Of a DNA stretch of 64,000 nt, positions 51,696 through 64,000 are shown one piece after another (the stretch's first letter is position 1; each line of letters starts with the position of its first letter). The position numbers were made by a program, and so were the translations under genes. The notes under the pieces were generated by a model. It searched no databases and was not told where the DNA came from. It saw only the letters and a list, made by a program, of their open reading frames with translations. The DNA is from Octopus vulgaris. Lineage: Eukaryota. Location: contig OX597821.1 of assembly GCA_951406725.2 (NCBI GenBank), positions 47,554,001 to 47,618,000 of the forward strand, written 5' to 3'.

Positions 51696-52361
51696 TGCCC
51701 CGTGGTTTAAGGGGTTTATTAATATTCCTAATGCAAACTACATTCTAGGGAGATTCTATTATAGAGTTCACAGTTTCTGATGACAATTTCAATTCTGATG
51801 ACTAATTCAAACAGTATAGTTTGACAGTTCATTTTGCCCCCCCACTTTTTTTTCTGCTTCTCACCATTCAAACTCATGTCCCTAAGGAAGTTGCAATGGT
51901 TGTTGTTTAACTACAGGTCACTCTTAATTTAATTGATCTACAACCAAAGTCTTTCCAAATGGTACAACCCACTGCTTTTATCCGACACTGTATTGTTATG
52001 ACTACACAATCAAATGTGACCTTCCATTTTCAACATGATAGGCTGTAAAATGAGGAAACTTTTGACTGATGTTTCTAGCAGCTCACATGCCTGCATAGAG
52101 GCTACCTTAGTATGACAGTGTAATTCATTACATACATGTGTGTTTATGTAAGTGTACGAGTTTGTTGACAGTACTTTTGTCGATTTAATGGACAAATAAA
52201 TATGATTAGATAGTACTACAGGAGAATATAGTCAGGTAGATATACAGGTAAATATAGACAGGTAGTTATACAGGTAAATATATTAATGTAGATCTACAGC
52301 TAAATATAGTCAGGCAGACCTTATTGTATGGGGGATTGAAACCAAAATCATGAAACAATCA

Positions 52362-52568
52362 AGGTGGTGAGCTGGCAGAATCATTAGGATGCTGGGCAAA
52401 ATGCTTAGTGACATTTCATCTGAGTTCAAATGCCACTGAGACTGACTTTACTTTTCATTCTTTTGGGAGTCATAAAATAAGTACCAGTTGAGGACTAGTG
52501 TCGATGTAATCAACACTGCCCATTCCTGTGAAATTGCTGGCCTTGTGTCAAAATTTCAAACCAATATT
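52362..52568 (+). mobile_element. SINE family C copy
   Basis: aaggtggtgagctggcagaatcattag...ataagtaccagttg. Other decayed copies lie near 18960, 43100, 57335-57540(-), 61150(-), 61410 and 61900. Confidence 0.75.
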
Positions 52569-52594
52569 ACAGAACAGTTAAATCCAATACTACC

Positions 52595-52910
52595 TTACCC
52601 CCGTACCCAACAATTATTTTGAAAATAAATGTATTTTTTCAGACATATTTTTTAATTGTTTTATTTTACTATGTTTTGAATGGTGATTTCAAGGTATATT
52701 TCAAACCTTATTTATTATGAATTTTAATTCAATAATATTGATTTTAAATTACGGCATTGGGCAGAAACGAGTTAACCCGTTTTTCGACGAAGGAACTCGT
52801 TTGCTGTCGATTTTGGCGAATCTATCTTTTGACGAGTTAACTCGCCAGAGATGGAAAAAAACGATTTCGGTCAAAACGCATATATTCGTTTCTGCCGGGT
52901 AAGGGGTTAA
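52595..52910. mobile_element. TTAA-type MITE, CpG-rich 3' half
   Basis: TTACCCCCGTACCC ... GGGTAAGGGGTTAA inverted ends and an internal inverted pair GAGTTAACCCGT / ACGAGTTAACTC. Confidence 0.5.
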
Positions 52911-54304
52911 CACCTAGGAGCATATTATCAGGCAATATTTTTATCAACTCAGGAAGTTCAGATATTCAGCACAAGTATTGAACTTGGAACATGTTTGAGT
53001 GGAGCTAAACAATATAAACCACCGAGTTTGTTTTCTTCTTGTGTACACCACTTCACTACATTATTTTCTTGTAAGTAATTTGTTTGTGTATTTAGAAAAA
53101 GAAGCAAACTTTTGTTGCTAAATGTTATTTACATATCAAGATTTAATAGCATTGTTTTAAAATAATAGAATGTCTAGATAACGTTGACTACAATGTTTGA
53201 AATAAATGTTTATGGCCCCATCACCAGATTCAAAATGTGAACAGATAAAAATTACCAAACAACAAAAAAATCACCAATGAAACAATTAAAAGTACTTGAA
53301 AGTTATAAAAGTAGTGAAGGAAAACAGTGTTTATTCATTTACAGGAAAAGTAGTAAAATAAAACAATAAATATTATGAATTAATTGCCAATTGATAAATT
53401 TATTTTCAAATCAAAATATCAACCAGTGAAAAGAAATTAGTGTAACATTGACAACTTAACTGCTGTGTTCTTTTTACTTCTTGTGCATATTTTCTTAAAT
53501 CTTTAAAGATTTGGTGCTTCAAGAAGAAAAATAAATGTTATAAAATAATATTTGAAATTTTGAAAGTGAATAGAAAGTTAATTTATCAATATTTGAAAGG
53601 ATGTTTTATTATCACAGCTGGCTGAGCTAGTAAAGAGGAGTTTCAGCTGGATTATTTAGTTGGTGGTTTTGCATCCCATTTTTCAGTATTTCACTGTGTC
53701 TAAGACACATGATTATCTCTGTTTTAGATTGCTTAACTATAAACATGCTATCAGTCAATAGCAAACTTATAGTTATTGATAGGAATAGAAGATAAAGAAT
53801 CTCTGCCTGCCTTTGGACGCCCGCCTTTAGACGCCCGCCTTTGCTCGTCCGCCGGCATCCGCCGCCGAACCATTTGTTCGTCCTCTCTATGTAGGGTTCT
53901 CGCTGATCAGAATAGGTGACTGTATGGAAGGGGTGTTCTCGTCGCTCCTTTCTGCCAACAGGAACCCCCCCCACCCCGGCTTACCGGTGCAAGATCGACT
54001 CTACACAGCTGGCGCATCTCTGAATCTCCGCCCGCGTTCGCCCGCCTTTGGACGCCTGCGTTTGCCCGCCTAATATTTTTAACGGCAGTGAATCAGCATG
54101 GCTGCAGCTCTGAGATGAAACTTTTAAAAAAAAAAAGGTAGATAAAAACTGCTAAAATATTCAGCCTCAGCCCAAAGTCCTCAATTATTTTTGTTATATA
54201 TGCCAATAGATTCAGTCTTTGGATCTGATTATCAACAGTGTGTTTGTGTGTACATCTGATGGCAAGTGTGGAACAGTTCTCCATGTGTAAAATGCACACT
54301 AAAA

Positions 54305-55310
54305 TTCATCATCATCATCATTTAACATCCACTCTCTATGTGGCATGGGTTAGATGGTTTGAATGGAACTGGCAAGCTGGAGAGCTGCACCAGATTCCAG
54401 TCTGATTTGACATGGTTTCAATGGTTGGATGCCCTTCCTAACACCAACCACTCCAGGAATGTAATGGATGCTTTTATGTGCCACCAGCATGGGTATCATT
54501 TACATGATACTGGCAACGACCATGATGATTCATGGGTTCCCTTTCCATAGTACCAGCAACGACCACAACTACAATTCATGGGTGCCATATACATGGCACT
54601 GTCAACAGCCACGACTACAATTCCCAGGTGCCACTTACAAGGCACCAGTGACTGCCCAACTCTGACCACACAGATGTCATTTACATGGCACTGGCATGGC
54701 CACAACTACAATTTCACTTGGCCTGACAAGTCTTCTCATGCACAGCATATCACCAGAGGTCTCGGATACTTGTCATCACCTCCATAAAGCCCATCATTCG
54801 AAGATCATGCTTCACCACCTTGTCCCATGTCTTCCTGGGTCTACCTCTACCACAGGTTCCCTCCTCTATTAGAGACTGCTAGAGATCAGCACTTCGTTAC
54901 ACAGCTGTCCTCATCCATACACATCACATGACCATATCAGTGCAGTCATCTCTCTTGCACACTACATCTGTTGCCTGTTTTCTCTCAAGACACTAACACT
55001 GTTGTACATGCACACTGACATTTCACATCCATTGAAGCACTCTAGCTTCATTGCTTTCAAGCTTATGCATGTCCTCAGCGGTCACAGCCCATGTTTCACT
55101 GCCATGTAGCATAGCTGTTCGCACACAGCCATCATACAGTCTGCCTTTCATTCTGAGGGAGAGACCCTTTGTTACCAACAGAGGTAGGAGCTCTCTGAAC
55201 TTTGCCCAGCCTATTCTTATTCTCACAGCTCTACGCTTGGTGCATTCACCTCCACTACTGACTTGGTCACCTAGATAACAGAAGCTATCAACTAGCTCTA
55301 GCTTAAAATC
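54305..55310 (-). mobile_element. RTE-clade LINE 3' portion
   Basis: LELVDSFCYLGDQVSSGG...RIRIGWAKFRELLPLL...KGRLYDGCVRTAMLHGSETWA, followed by the C-terminus, a 3'UTR and a (GAT)n tail. Confidence 0.9.
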
Positions 55311-55919
55311 AACTATACACAAAAAGAATCGTTTTTTTAAAGCCCTTTCTTCTTAGTTTTCGCTGTGGTCATACTTTAGGTGTGTATACTTATATGAATA
55401 GGTATATATATATATATATATATATTTCATTGTCTGTGACCTTCAATGTTACACTGATGAGTTGAATTAAGACTGAAATGCATATATATAATTGGAATGG
55501 TTTTATAATTATTACTATGAAATAAATATGAGATAGATTCTCCTTGTTACAACAAAATGACAGCTGAACTAATTAAAAAGATTGGGCCTTCTATATTGAA
55601 ATAATCCCATCATTTAATAAAATTTAAAGTAAGTTCATATACGTGTGATGGAAGTTACAAATTTGTTGAAATGAAGTTGACAATCAGGATTAGAATAACA
55701 TACTCTTGCCATCATTATGAGAACGATCTCATACAAGAATTAAAGGTAATCTACTATTTCTATCATTTTACTATTTTCCTCTCATTTGCAATACTTTAGT
55801 TTTATCTCAGTGGTTTCTTGACAATGAGTTTGTGGGAAAAATTGGATTGTGCTATAATCCTAAAAGAATGGCAAAGATAAAATGTTTTGATTGTGAATCG
55901 TTTATTTGTTTCTGTCATT

Positions 55920-56245
55920 AGATGGCAGCCTTGAGGAATTTTTAGTTGAGTGAGCTAACCCCAGTACTTATTATTATTTTTGTTTGTTTGTTTTTAAACC
56001 TGATACTTATTTTTTTAATCTCTTTTTTTTTATCTCTTTTGCTGAACTGCTAAGTTACAGGTACATAAACACACCAACACCAGTAGTCAAGCACTGGTGG
56101 TGAGCAAATACACACACAATGGGCTTCAGTCAGTTTCCGTCTACCAAATCCATCATAAGGCTTTGGTTGGCCCAAGGTGCCATGCAGTGGGACTGAACCC
56201 AGAACCATGTGGTTGGGAAGCATGCTTCTTACCACACAGCAATGC
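55920..56245 (-). mobile_element. tRNA-derived SINE (family A), decayed
   Basis: Reverse complement of the family A head and body. Confidence 0.7.
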
Positions 56246-58424
56246 ATGCACTTTTTACCTGCTGAGCCTAAAGGAAGGAATAGTGCTCACAATCTTAATA
56301 AACCTTCCTAAAATAGTGAGATTGCTGATTCTGTCATTGTTCTGTTTGCAGATTAACATTTGCAGCGAAGACAAGAGCAGGAAGAAGATTCCAAAAGAAT
56401 AATGTTTTGGAGAGGAAAACTTCTCATAGTGGTTAGTGTAGGACTGGGAGAGGATTGGATACAACAAAGGGGATGTGAGTGGAGAGGGGAGGAGGTAGGA
56501 GTCCAACCAACTGTAAGGAACAGATGTTATTGTAGTTATGATAGTAGAGGCAAAGAGAAGACATCAGGCCTGTGGGTCAGTGACTAATGAAATATTTGAT
56601 GTTCATGAATGTTATACAAAGAAAAAGACAAAACAAAATTTTTAAAAAGCATTATTAGACATAAGGTTACATCACAAAATTTACTACAAATGGAATCGGA
56701 GGAATGTTTCTCCTTGAAAAACAAGAACTATCAAGTAATCCCCAATTGAATTATATTCTTTAAATAAACATTTGAAAGTGTTTCACTAACTTTTGAATCA
56801 GCTCAGTTATTGATGATTTAGTTAGTCTGGGAGCCACAATGAGTCAGCATATTAGAAAACAATACGAATGTTTGAATTTTTGAGATTAATTATTTTAGTT
56901 AATTTCTGAAAAATTTTTTTAAAAATTTAAGTATTAATAAAGGCTCATGGATAATTATTGATTGGTTAAAATGGGTTTCATCAGTAGAAATTTCGAAACA
57001 ATTAATTTAAAGTATCAGAGTTTTAAAGAAAAGGAACCACAAACATGCTGAAAATCTATAAGTGGTACCATTCTTTACATATGGGCTACCACAATTTTGA
57101 TTGTCACTGTTGGTTTGCAAATATATTCTCTTATCTCAGAAACTTCTGACAGAGCTAGGATGTCCATATGTTTTTGTCAAGGCTTACAAAGCAAAATAAA
57201 ATTTATTATTATTATTATTATCAGTATTTTTGTTTTGATTTTCCTTTTAACAAATCCATTATAGTTTAAGTTTCCTTTATTCAATTAGTTATGTATTTGA
57301 CATTCTTTGTGTTATCTAATAATTATTTCTGCTGTAGGTACAAAGCCTTGAAAACTTTTGCGGGGAAGAGGGGCTATTTGATTACATTGACCCCAACGTG
57401 TTGCTGGAGCCTATTTCATTGCCCTCAAAAGAATGAAAAGCAAAGTCGACCTTGGCGGAATTTGAACTCAGAACATAGCAGCAGATGAAATACCACTAAT
57501 TATTTCACCTGGCCAACAATTCTACTAGCTCGCCACCTTTTTGTAATTCAAATCTGCAATCACATACAAGTTTATAATAAAACAACTTCTTTCAGATATC
57601 TGCGGTGGTGGTGTCTATAATACCTGGAAGAGCAAAATACATTCAAATACTACAATATTTATATAGATTTTATTTTCACATTAACTCTTTGGTTACTATT
57701 AGGTAGATATTCCTTTAGATAGGAATGGTATGTCAAAGCTCTATTTTTCTTCTTCACATTAACAACATCTGCCAATAAATTTCTAAAAGAATTCTTTCTG
57801 TCTATTCCAATAATTTCTGTTTTACTAAGATTCTTGTAGAATTTTCAGGAATCAAATATATTTTTGTGTTTATAATTGTTTTTGTTGCTTTTGGTGTGTA
57901 ACTCTAAGTTGGCACTGATCAAGGAAACGTAGTTTAAGGCATTCAAGCCATGACATTCCTGTTTTATTATTTCTTGGAAAAGTGTACCATGGACTACATT
58001 ATCCAATGTGTCCTTCCTTTTTTAAGTCATAAGAATAAACTTAAGAATAAAGTTTGAGAGAGACTTCACTGCTATTTCTTGTAAGTGGAGCAACTACATA
58101 GAAGCTCTATCGTTGGCTCCCAGAAGTGCTTACACTGGCGAAAATAAATTTAAGACTGGTGATAAAAGTTCTATTTCTTACAAAATATTTTGTTACTAAC
58201 ACCATACAAATTATTTTTATCTTTTACACTTTATGCAGAATTTATTTCTCTTTCGAATGATGCAGACAATAACTATTTTTATACAACTCGAAGAGTTCTA
58301 ATGTTAAATTAATATAAACGATTCAAATTTACCGGCAAAATTAATTTAAGGCCATGTAATATGTATGCAAATTAACTGCACTATACAGTGTTATAATTTA
58401 ACATTATTATACAATTGATTAATA

Positions 58425-59370
58425 ATGGGTAAACAACGTAGCCTCAGTCCAGTCATGAGAACAAAAATTGTATTACTCCACCAGCAAAAAGTTTCCTTTT
58501 CGAACATCAGCAAGCAACTAAAGTGCAGTAAAATGGCTTGCGTGCAAGCGTGGAAGTTATACTTGAAGACTGGTCAATATAAAGATCAGCAAAGAACTAG
58601 CTCCCCAAGAAAAACGACAGTGTAGTTGGACCATCGAATCCGCCAACTTTTGGAAGGCAACCAAATGCTGACAGCTGTTGATATTTGTAATCAATTGTCC
58701 AACGAGAATGGTGTTATTTTTACACCACAAACCGTCCACAACTGTTTGAGAGAATTTGGACTACATGGAAGAATCACTAGAAAAAAGCCAATAATATCCC
58801 AAAGAAATTGATTCAAATGCCTTAATTTCACAAAAAGCCATGCTCAATGGACTGCCGAAGATTGGTGCAGGGTCCTTTGGAGTGACGAGCCATGCTTCTG
58901 TATATCTGGATCAGATGGTAAAACACATGTCAAACGTTGCCCAACCGAGGAATTCCATCCGAAATGCATGAAAAAGATGGCACAAGTGGGGGGTTGGGGT
59001 GTGATGGGGTGGGCAGTATTTAGTAGCTTTGGTGTTTTGATTCACCAAATACCTCTGGGGGCTATTTATCAGCAGGACAATAGTCCAGTGCACGAAGCCA
59101 AAATGGTTATGGAATTTTTTGATCACCATAATATTGACGTAATCGAATGGCCTCCCCAGAGACCAGACCTGAATCCGATTGAGAACTTGTGGAATTATGT
59201 TTCCAAAAAAGTCCATGCTAAAAAACCATCTAATCTAAAACAATTATTCGATTATATCAATGAAATATGGCAAAACATTCCCATAGAATTTTGTAATCAC
59301 TTAGCGAATTCAATGCCGAGGCGTTGTTCAGTCGTTATTAAGAATAAAGGCTACGGCACAAATTGCTATG
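58425..59370 (+). pseudogene. Tc1 DDE transposase pseudogene
   Basis: A single frame with two stops (58623, 58809). It has an HTH region, RKKP, VLWSDE, QQDNSPVH and WPPQRPDLNPIENLW. There is an apparent in-frame deletion after FSSFGV. Confidence 0.92.
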
Positions 59371-59506
59371 TTCTTGTTGCTCATTTTTGCTACAATCTTA
59401 AGCTTTAAATAAAATTATAATGATACAGTCTTAAACTAATTTTGCTGGTAAATTTGAAACTTTTATATTAATTTAGCATTAGAATTCTTCAAGTTGTATA
59501 AAAATA

Positions 59507-60070
59507 TTAGGTTGTCCAGAAAGTCCGTGCCGATTTTTAAAGGAAGGAAAAAGATCAATAGATATTTGCCATTGCATTTTTAATCAACCAAATATGAACC
59601 ATTTTGTTGCACAATGTGTCTCCATCTTTCCTTTAACTTGAAAATAACCTCTTCCCAGAATTGAGGTGGTTTCATAGCAAAGAATTCATCAAGGTATCTT
59701 TTTGTCATCCAAGGAATTGAAATTTTTACCATTAAGACTATTCTGCAGAGACCTGAATAAGTGGAAATCCGAAGGAGCAATATCTGGTGAATATGGAGGG
59801 TGGGGTAACACATCCCGGCCAAGCTGTAGCAATTTTTGTCTGGTTCCCAAAGCATCAAGTGCCAAAAAGGAACTTTCTTATCTTCCATTTTAAAAGGTTA
59901 CAGAATTAACACAGGTTATAGGAACATAAACCTTCTTCCACGAAAAGATAGCTTAAACTGTGCTCTAAATGGAGGTGTAGTCAAATCCTATTTTATGGAC
60001 TCAACCATGTTCTAAAATAAGTCAAAATGTAAACTACTATAAATCAGCACGAACTTTCCAGACAACCCAA
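59507..60070 (-). mobile_element. Internally deleted mariner inserted in the right TIR of the Tc1
   Basis: TA|TTAGGTTGTCCAGAAAGTCCGTGCCGATTT ... AAATCAGCACGAACTTTCCAGACAACCCAA|TA. N-terminal MEDKKVPFWHLMLWE is joined to HPPYSPDIAPSDFHLF and RWRHIVQQNGSYLVD. Confidence 0.92.
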
Positions 60071-62034
60071 TAGTTATTGTCTGCATCATTCGAAAGAGAA
60101 ATAAATTCTGCATAAGGTGTAAAAGATAAAAATAATTTGTATGGTGTTAGTAACAAAATATTTTGTAAGAAATAGAACTTTTATCATTGGTCTTAAATTT
60201 GTTTTCGCCAGTGTATCTCTTAGAGAACTGACTCCTCATTAGAATTTCATTTAACCATTTTTAGTTTTATTATTCTCTTAGTTCTGACATTTTTTATTTC
60301 AGCATTGCTCTTGAAATATTTCCATTGTCATCTTGCTTCAATCTATTTCACTCTGCCAACAATTGTCTGTTATATCAGCCACAAGTTTTGTCATTCCTCA
60401 TTAGTATTAAATGCCACTTTAATTCTTTTTAAAATTGTTGAACCTGTAAGAAGGAGCAAAGCCCATGTCACTTGTAGACCATCCAAAACTGGTGAGGCCA
60501 ATGTAGTTAGTGTCCTGTTAAAATTGTTACAGAAAAGACATGAGCAGGGAGGAAATTGCAGAAGGCCAATATTCTGGGGATGAAGGATTGGGAATAGTAG
60601 TTAGTATAAGTAAAGCAGGGGTTTGAAGAGAGCTGAGGGATAGAGAAGTGAGTGGATCAAAAATGCCTAAGTCATGGAGATACAAGACCAATCAGTTTCA
60701 AGGTATTTCTGTAAGAAAATTGCTGCCTTGTCAAAAAATTGAACTTTCTATTACAGCCCAGCTTCATACACATTCTCGTACTCATTAGAACAATATTGTT
60801 TATCATCTATAATCTTTTATCTATTATAGTAATTAGAGGAATCATAGCTACCTTATCAAAACATTGTGCATTTTATTACAGTCCAGTTTTATACACATTT
60901 TTATTCACATTACAACAATATAGCTAATTATTTGTAATATTTATTTATTTATTACAATAATTAGGGAAATCATTGAATAAATGTTGCTCTTGTAACTCTA
61001 GTTAAGAATTAAATGTAGACTGTGTTAACCCTATTTTCATTCTGTAATAAATTTATTTTAGCCTCACAAACATTTCCAGGTTACTGGTTGATGTTTGGAA
61101 GATTTTAAACGTAATGGAAATATTTTGTGTAGATACAAAATAATTGTTCCTTTAGGTACAAGGCCAGCAGATTTGAGGGATAGGGTTAGCTGATTACATT
61201 GCTTCATCCCAGTATTTGACTGGTACCTTATCATCTGACCCTGTAAGCATAAAAGGTGAAGTTGGCCTCAGAAAGATTTGAACACAGAATGTAATAACTC
61301 AGAATAAATACCACAAAGCATTTTGTATGATCATGGAAGATTCTGATAATCTACAGACATGAAACAGTAATAATGGTAGTTACCCTTGTTATTAATATGT
61401 TGACTGACGAAAGTGGCAAGCTGGCAGAAATGTTAGCATACTGGACATGAATGCTTAGCAGTATTTCATCTGTCTTTACATTCTGAGTTCAAATTCAGCC
61501 AAAGTCAATTTTGCCTTTCATCTTTTTGGATTTTTAAAATAAGTACAAGTTGATCACTGGGGGTCAATTTCACCAACTATCCCCTCTACCAAAATTGCTG
61601 GCCTTGTGCTAAAATTTGAAACAAACACCTTGATTGACTGACAGATGAAGACTTTGCATGATTGTCTTATGATTTTGTTTTAAGTTCAAATCCTGTCAGA
61701 GCCAGCTTCCCAATTCATCCTTCTAGGGTCAATTAGAACTGATTTTAGTTCTAATCAAACATGCAGTTTGTCTTAATCAGCCTTACATTCCTTTCTGACC
61801 TGACTCCCAAAATTGTCTTGGGTTGAGGTAATGCTATTATTATTGTAGTTGTTATTATATTATTCTTATTATAGTTGTTTAGGATGGTGGACAAAACACT
61901 TTATAGTATTTGTTCCCACTTTATATTCTGAGTTCAAATCTCATAGAGGTCTAATTTGCCTTTAATCCTTTGAGAGTCAATGAAAATATAACACAGGTAA
62001 AGTTTTGATTTAATTTACTAAAGAATTTTTTAAG

Positions 62035-62545
62035 AATTGCTGTGTGGTAACATGTTTCCTTCCCAATCAACAGGTTCCAGATTCAAGGCCCACTGCACAG
62101 CACCTTGGGTAAGTGCCTTCTGCTATAGCCACAGGCTGACCAAAGCCTTGTGAGTGGATTTGGCAGATGGAAACTGAAAGAAGCTCGTCATCATCATCAT
62201 CATCATCATCATCACCACCAGTTAGTGTCTGCTTTCCATGCTGGCATGGCTTAGATGGTTTGGCTGGAACTGGTAAGCCAGAGAGCTGTACCAAGTTCCA
62301 GTCTGATTTGGCATCATGTGTGTATGTGCCATAGTGCCTGTGTTTGTCCCCACCCCACCCCCACCCCCACCACAACCACTTGATAACTGGTCTTGGTGTG
62401 TTTATGTCCCTGTAACTTAGTGGATTGGCACAAGAGACCAATAGAATAAGTACCAGGCTTAATAAGAAAATAAGTACAGTAGTGAAGTTAATTAGTTCAA
62501 CTTAAATTCCTGAAGATGGTGCCCCTGCATGGCTGCAGTCTAATG
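62035..62545 (+). mobile_element. SINE family A with an inverted RTE 3' end inserted centrally
   Basis: SINE head to gaaactgaaagaagctcgtc, then (ATC)n and a reverse RTE tail (about 62188-62315), then the SINE body resumes. Confidence 0.8.
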
Positions 62546-63538
62546 ACTGAAACAAGTAAAAAGATTTTAAAAAACTGTTTGTTAAATTTCTCCATGGTGC
62601 TTATTTCTCTTTTTTTTCCATTTGATTTTTATGATGCTGCAGTTTGAAATTTTTTTTTTTTTTTTCAAAATTCATATAAGGGCCTTTATATAAATAACCC
62701 TTCTAAACAAGTACCACTAAGAAACTATAAATATCATGCAGGGAGTAGCAATAATAACTTCTTAAACCTATAGTTTATAGTTGATGTTGGAAGATTTTGT
62801 GTAAGAAAAATGACTATGAATAGAATATTTAGAGATCAAGTGTATTTCTAAAGCACCTGTATTCCTCTTGCATTGCATGAAATCCAAGACTAGCTGTCAC
62901 TAATCCACAAAGATTCAGCTGTGTCAGAAACTGCCAAAATTTATATCTTAATGGCAGATCTCATAAATGTAATGAGCGATGTTTTAAGCTGGTGCTAATC
63001 TCCGGGGCAATAAAACCATACAAAACAGTTCATCTTCCTCTTGCAAGTTTAACTGTCGACTACAACACACATTAAGATAGTTCAAAGTACACACCAGAGA
63101 TGTAAAATGATTTTCGAACATTATAAAGCATGCTTCACCTGAAGTATAGCCTTGATAACATAACAGCATTGCTAATAAGCCGGTGTTAAGGATAAACTGT
63201 CTAAAATATCTACATGGTAAATACATATCTACATGGTATAAAATTCAATAATATGTTTTTGGATATTATGTTCTCAATATTCAATAAAGAGATTGCCAAT
63301 GAGCTCAGAAAAATGTTTATAAGACTCAATCTAAATATTAAGATTGTTGATGTAAGAAGTTGATGAATCAGATCTGTTATCTGCAAATCTTATGTCTTCA
63401 GAAAGGTCATTTGTAGGAAAGTTGGAAGAATGTATAAAGCAAACTGACATGTCAGAAGGAAAATAGTTTATAGTGAATACAGCTAGCTAGAAATTCTATT
63501 CAGAAACACCACTGAAACATACACATGCATTCTATATG

Positions 63539-63580
<42 letters not shown>

Positions 63581-63629
63581 ATATTTAGGGATAACCACTA
63601 GGTGGATAACCAATATGCTAGAAGAAGAT

Positions 63630-64000
63630 CATGGCTGTGTGGTAAGTAGCTTGCTAACCAACCACATGGTTCCGGGTTCAGTCCCACTGCATGGCATCTT
63701 GGGCAAGTGTCTTCTGCTATAGCCCCGGGCCGACCAATGCCGTGTCAGTGGATTTGGTAGACGGAAACTGAAAGAAGCCTGTCGTATATATGTATATATA
63801 TATGTGTGTGTGTGTGTATGTGTTTGTGTGTCTGTGTTTGTCCCCCTAGCATTGCTTGACAACCGATGCTGGTGTGTTTACGTCCCCGTCACTTAGCGGT
63901 TCGGCAAAAGAGACCGATAGAATAAGTACTGGGCTTACAAAGAATAAGTCCCGGGGTCGATTTGCTCGACTAAAGGCGGTGCTCCAGCATGGCCGCAGTC
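63630..64000 (+). mobile_element. tRNA-derived SINE (family A), young copy running off the window end
   Basis: TGGCTGTGTGGTAAG A-box, GGTTCAGTCCC B-box-like motif, CpG-rich, near-identical to 33398-33810. Confidence 0.9.

Larger units (their letters stand above)
58133..60213 (+). mobile_element. Tc1-family transposon with ~225-bp IR/DR-type TIRs
   Basis: TA|CACTGGCGAAAATAAATTTAAGAC ... GTCTTAAATTTGTTTTCGCCAGTG|TA, with long matching TIRs and an inner repeat GGCAAAATTAATTTAAGGC. Confidence 0.93.

Noticed and set aside
57560-57645. Good minus-strand splice acceptor (tattttgctcttccag) followed by YYRHHHRRYLKEVVLL*
   Set aside because: It is short, has no recognisable homology and no partner exons. 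It cannot be supported without RNA-seq.
62984-63226. 80-aa non-repetitive ORF, possible host exon or conserved element
   Set aside because: No recognisable domain and weak splice signals. Such ORFs are expected by chance.

Overview
This is AT-rich, repeat-saturated eukaryotic DNA, intergenic or intronic. The SINE, RTE, Dong and Penelope repertoire resembles octopod cephalopod (Octopus-type) genomes; that assignment is from recall, not a database search. I found no intact host protein-coding gene: most ORF-track entries are microsatellite translations, and the rest are decayed transposon proteins. The window holds (i) at least five Penelope-like element (PLE) relics with RT and/or GIY-YIG fragments; (ii) RTE, Dong/R4-type and CR1-like LINE ends; (iii) several tRNA-derived SINE families, some with clean target-site duplications; and (iv) DNA transposons: Tc1 with a mariner nested in its TIR, further mariners, a pogo with a nested MITE, TTAA MITEs, a non-autonomous Helitron and a ~280-bp foldback palindrome. 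The most notable hidden signal is a set of about eight minimal type-I hammerhead-ribozyme motifs on both strands, mostly with short stem I and palindromic stem III, several beside (TA)n tracts. There is also one candidate HDV-like double-pseudoknot near 48.7 kb and a CCAAT+CRE tandem promoter array in a young PLE terminal repeat. All RNA structures were paired by eye and need computational and experimental confirmation. Coordinates of decayed repeats are approximate.
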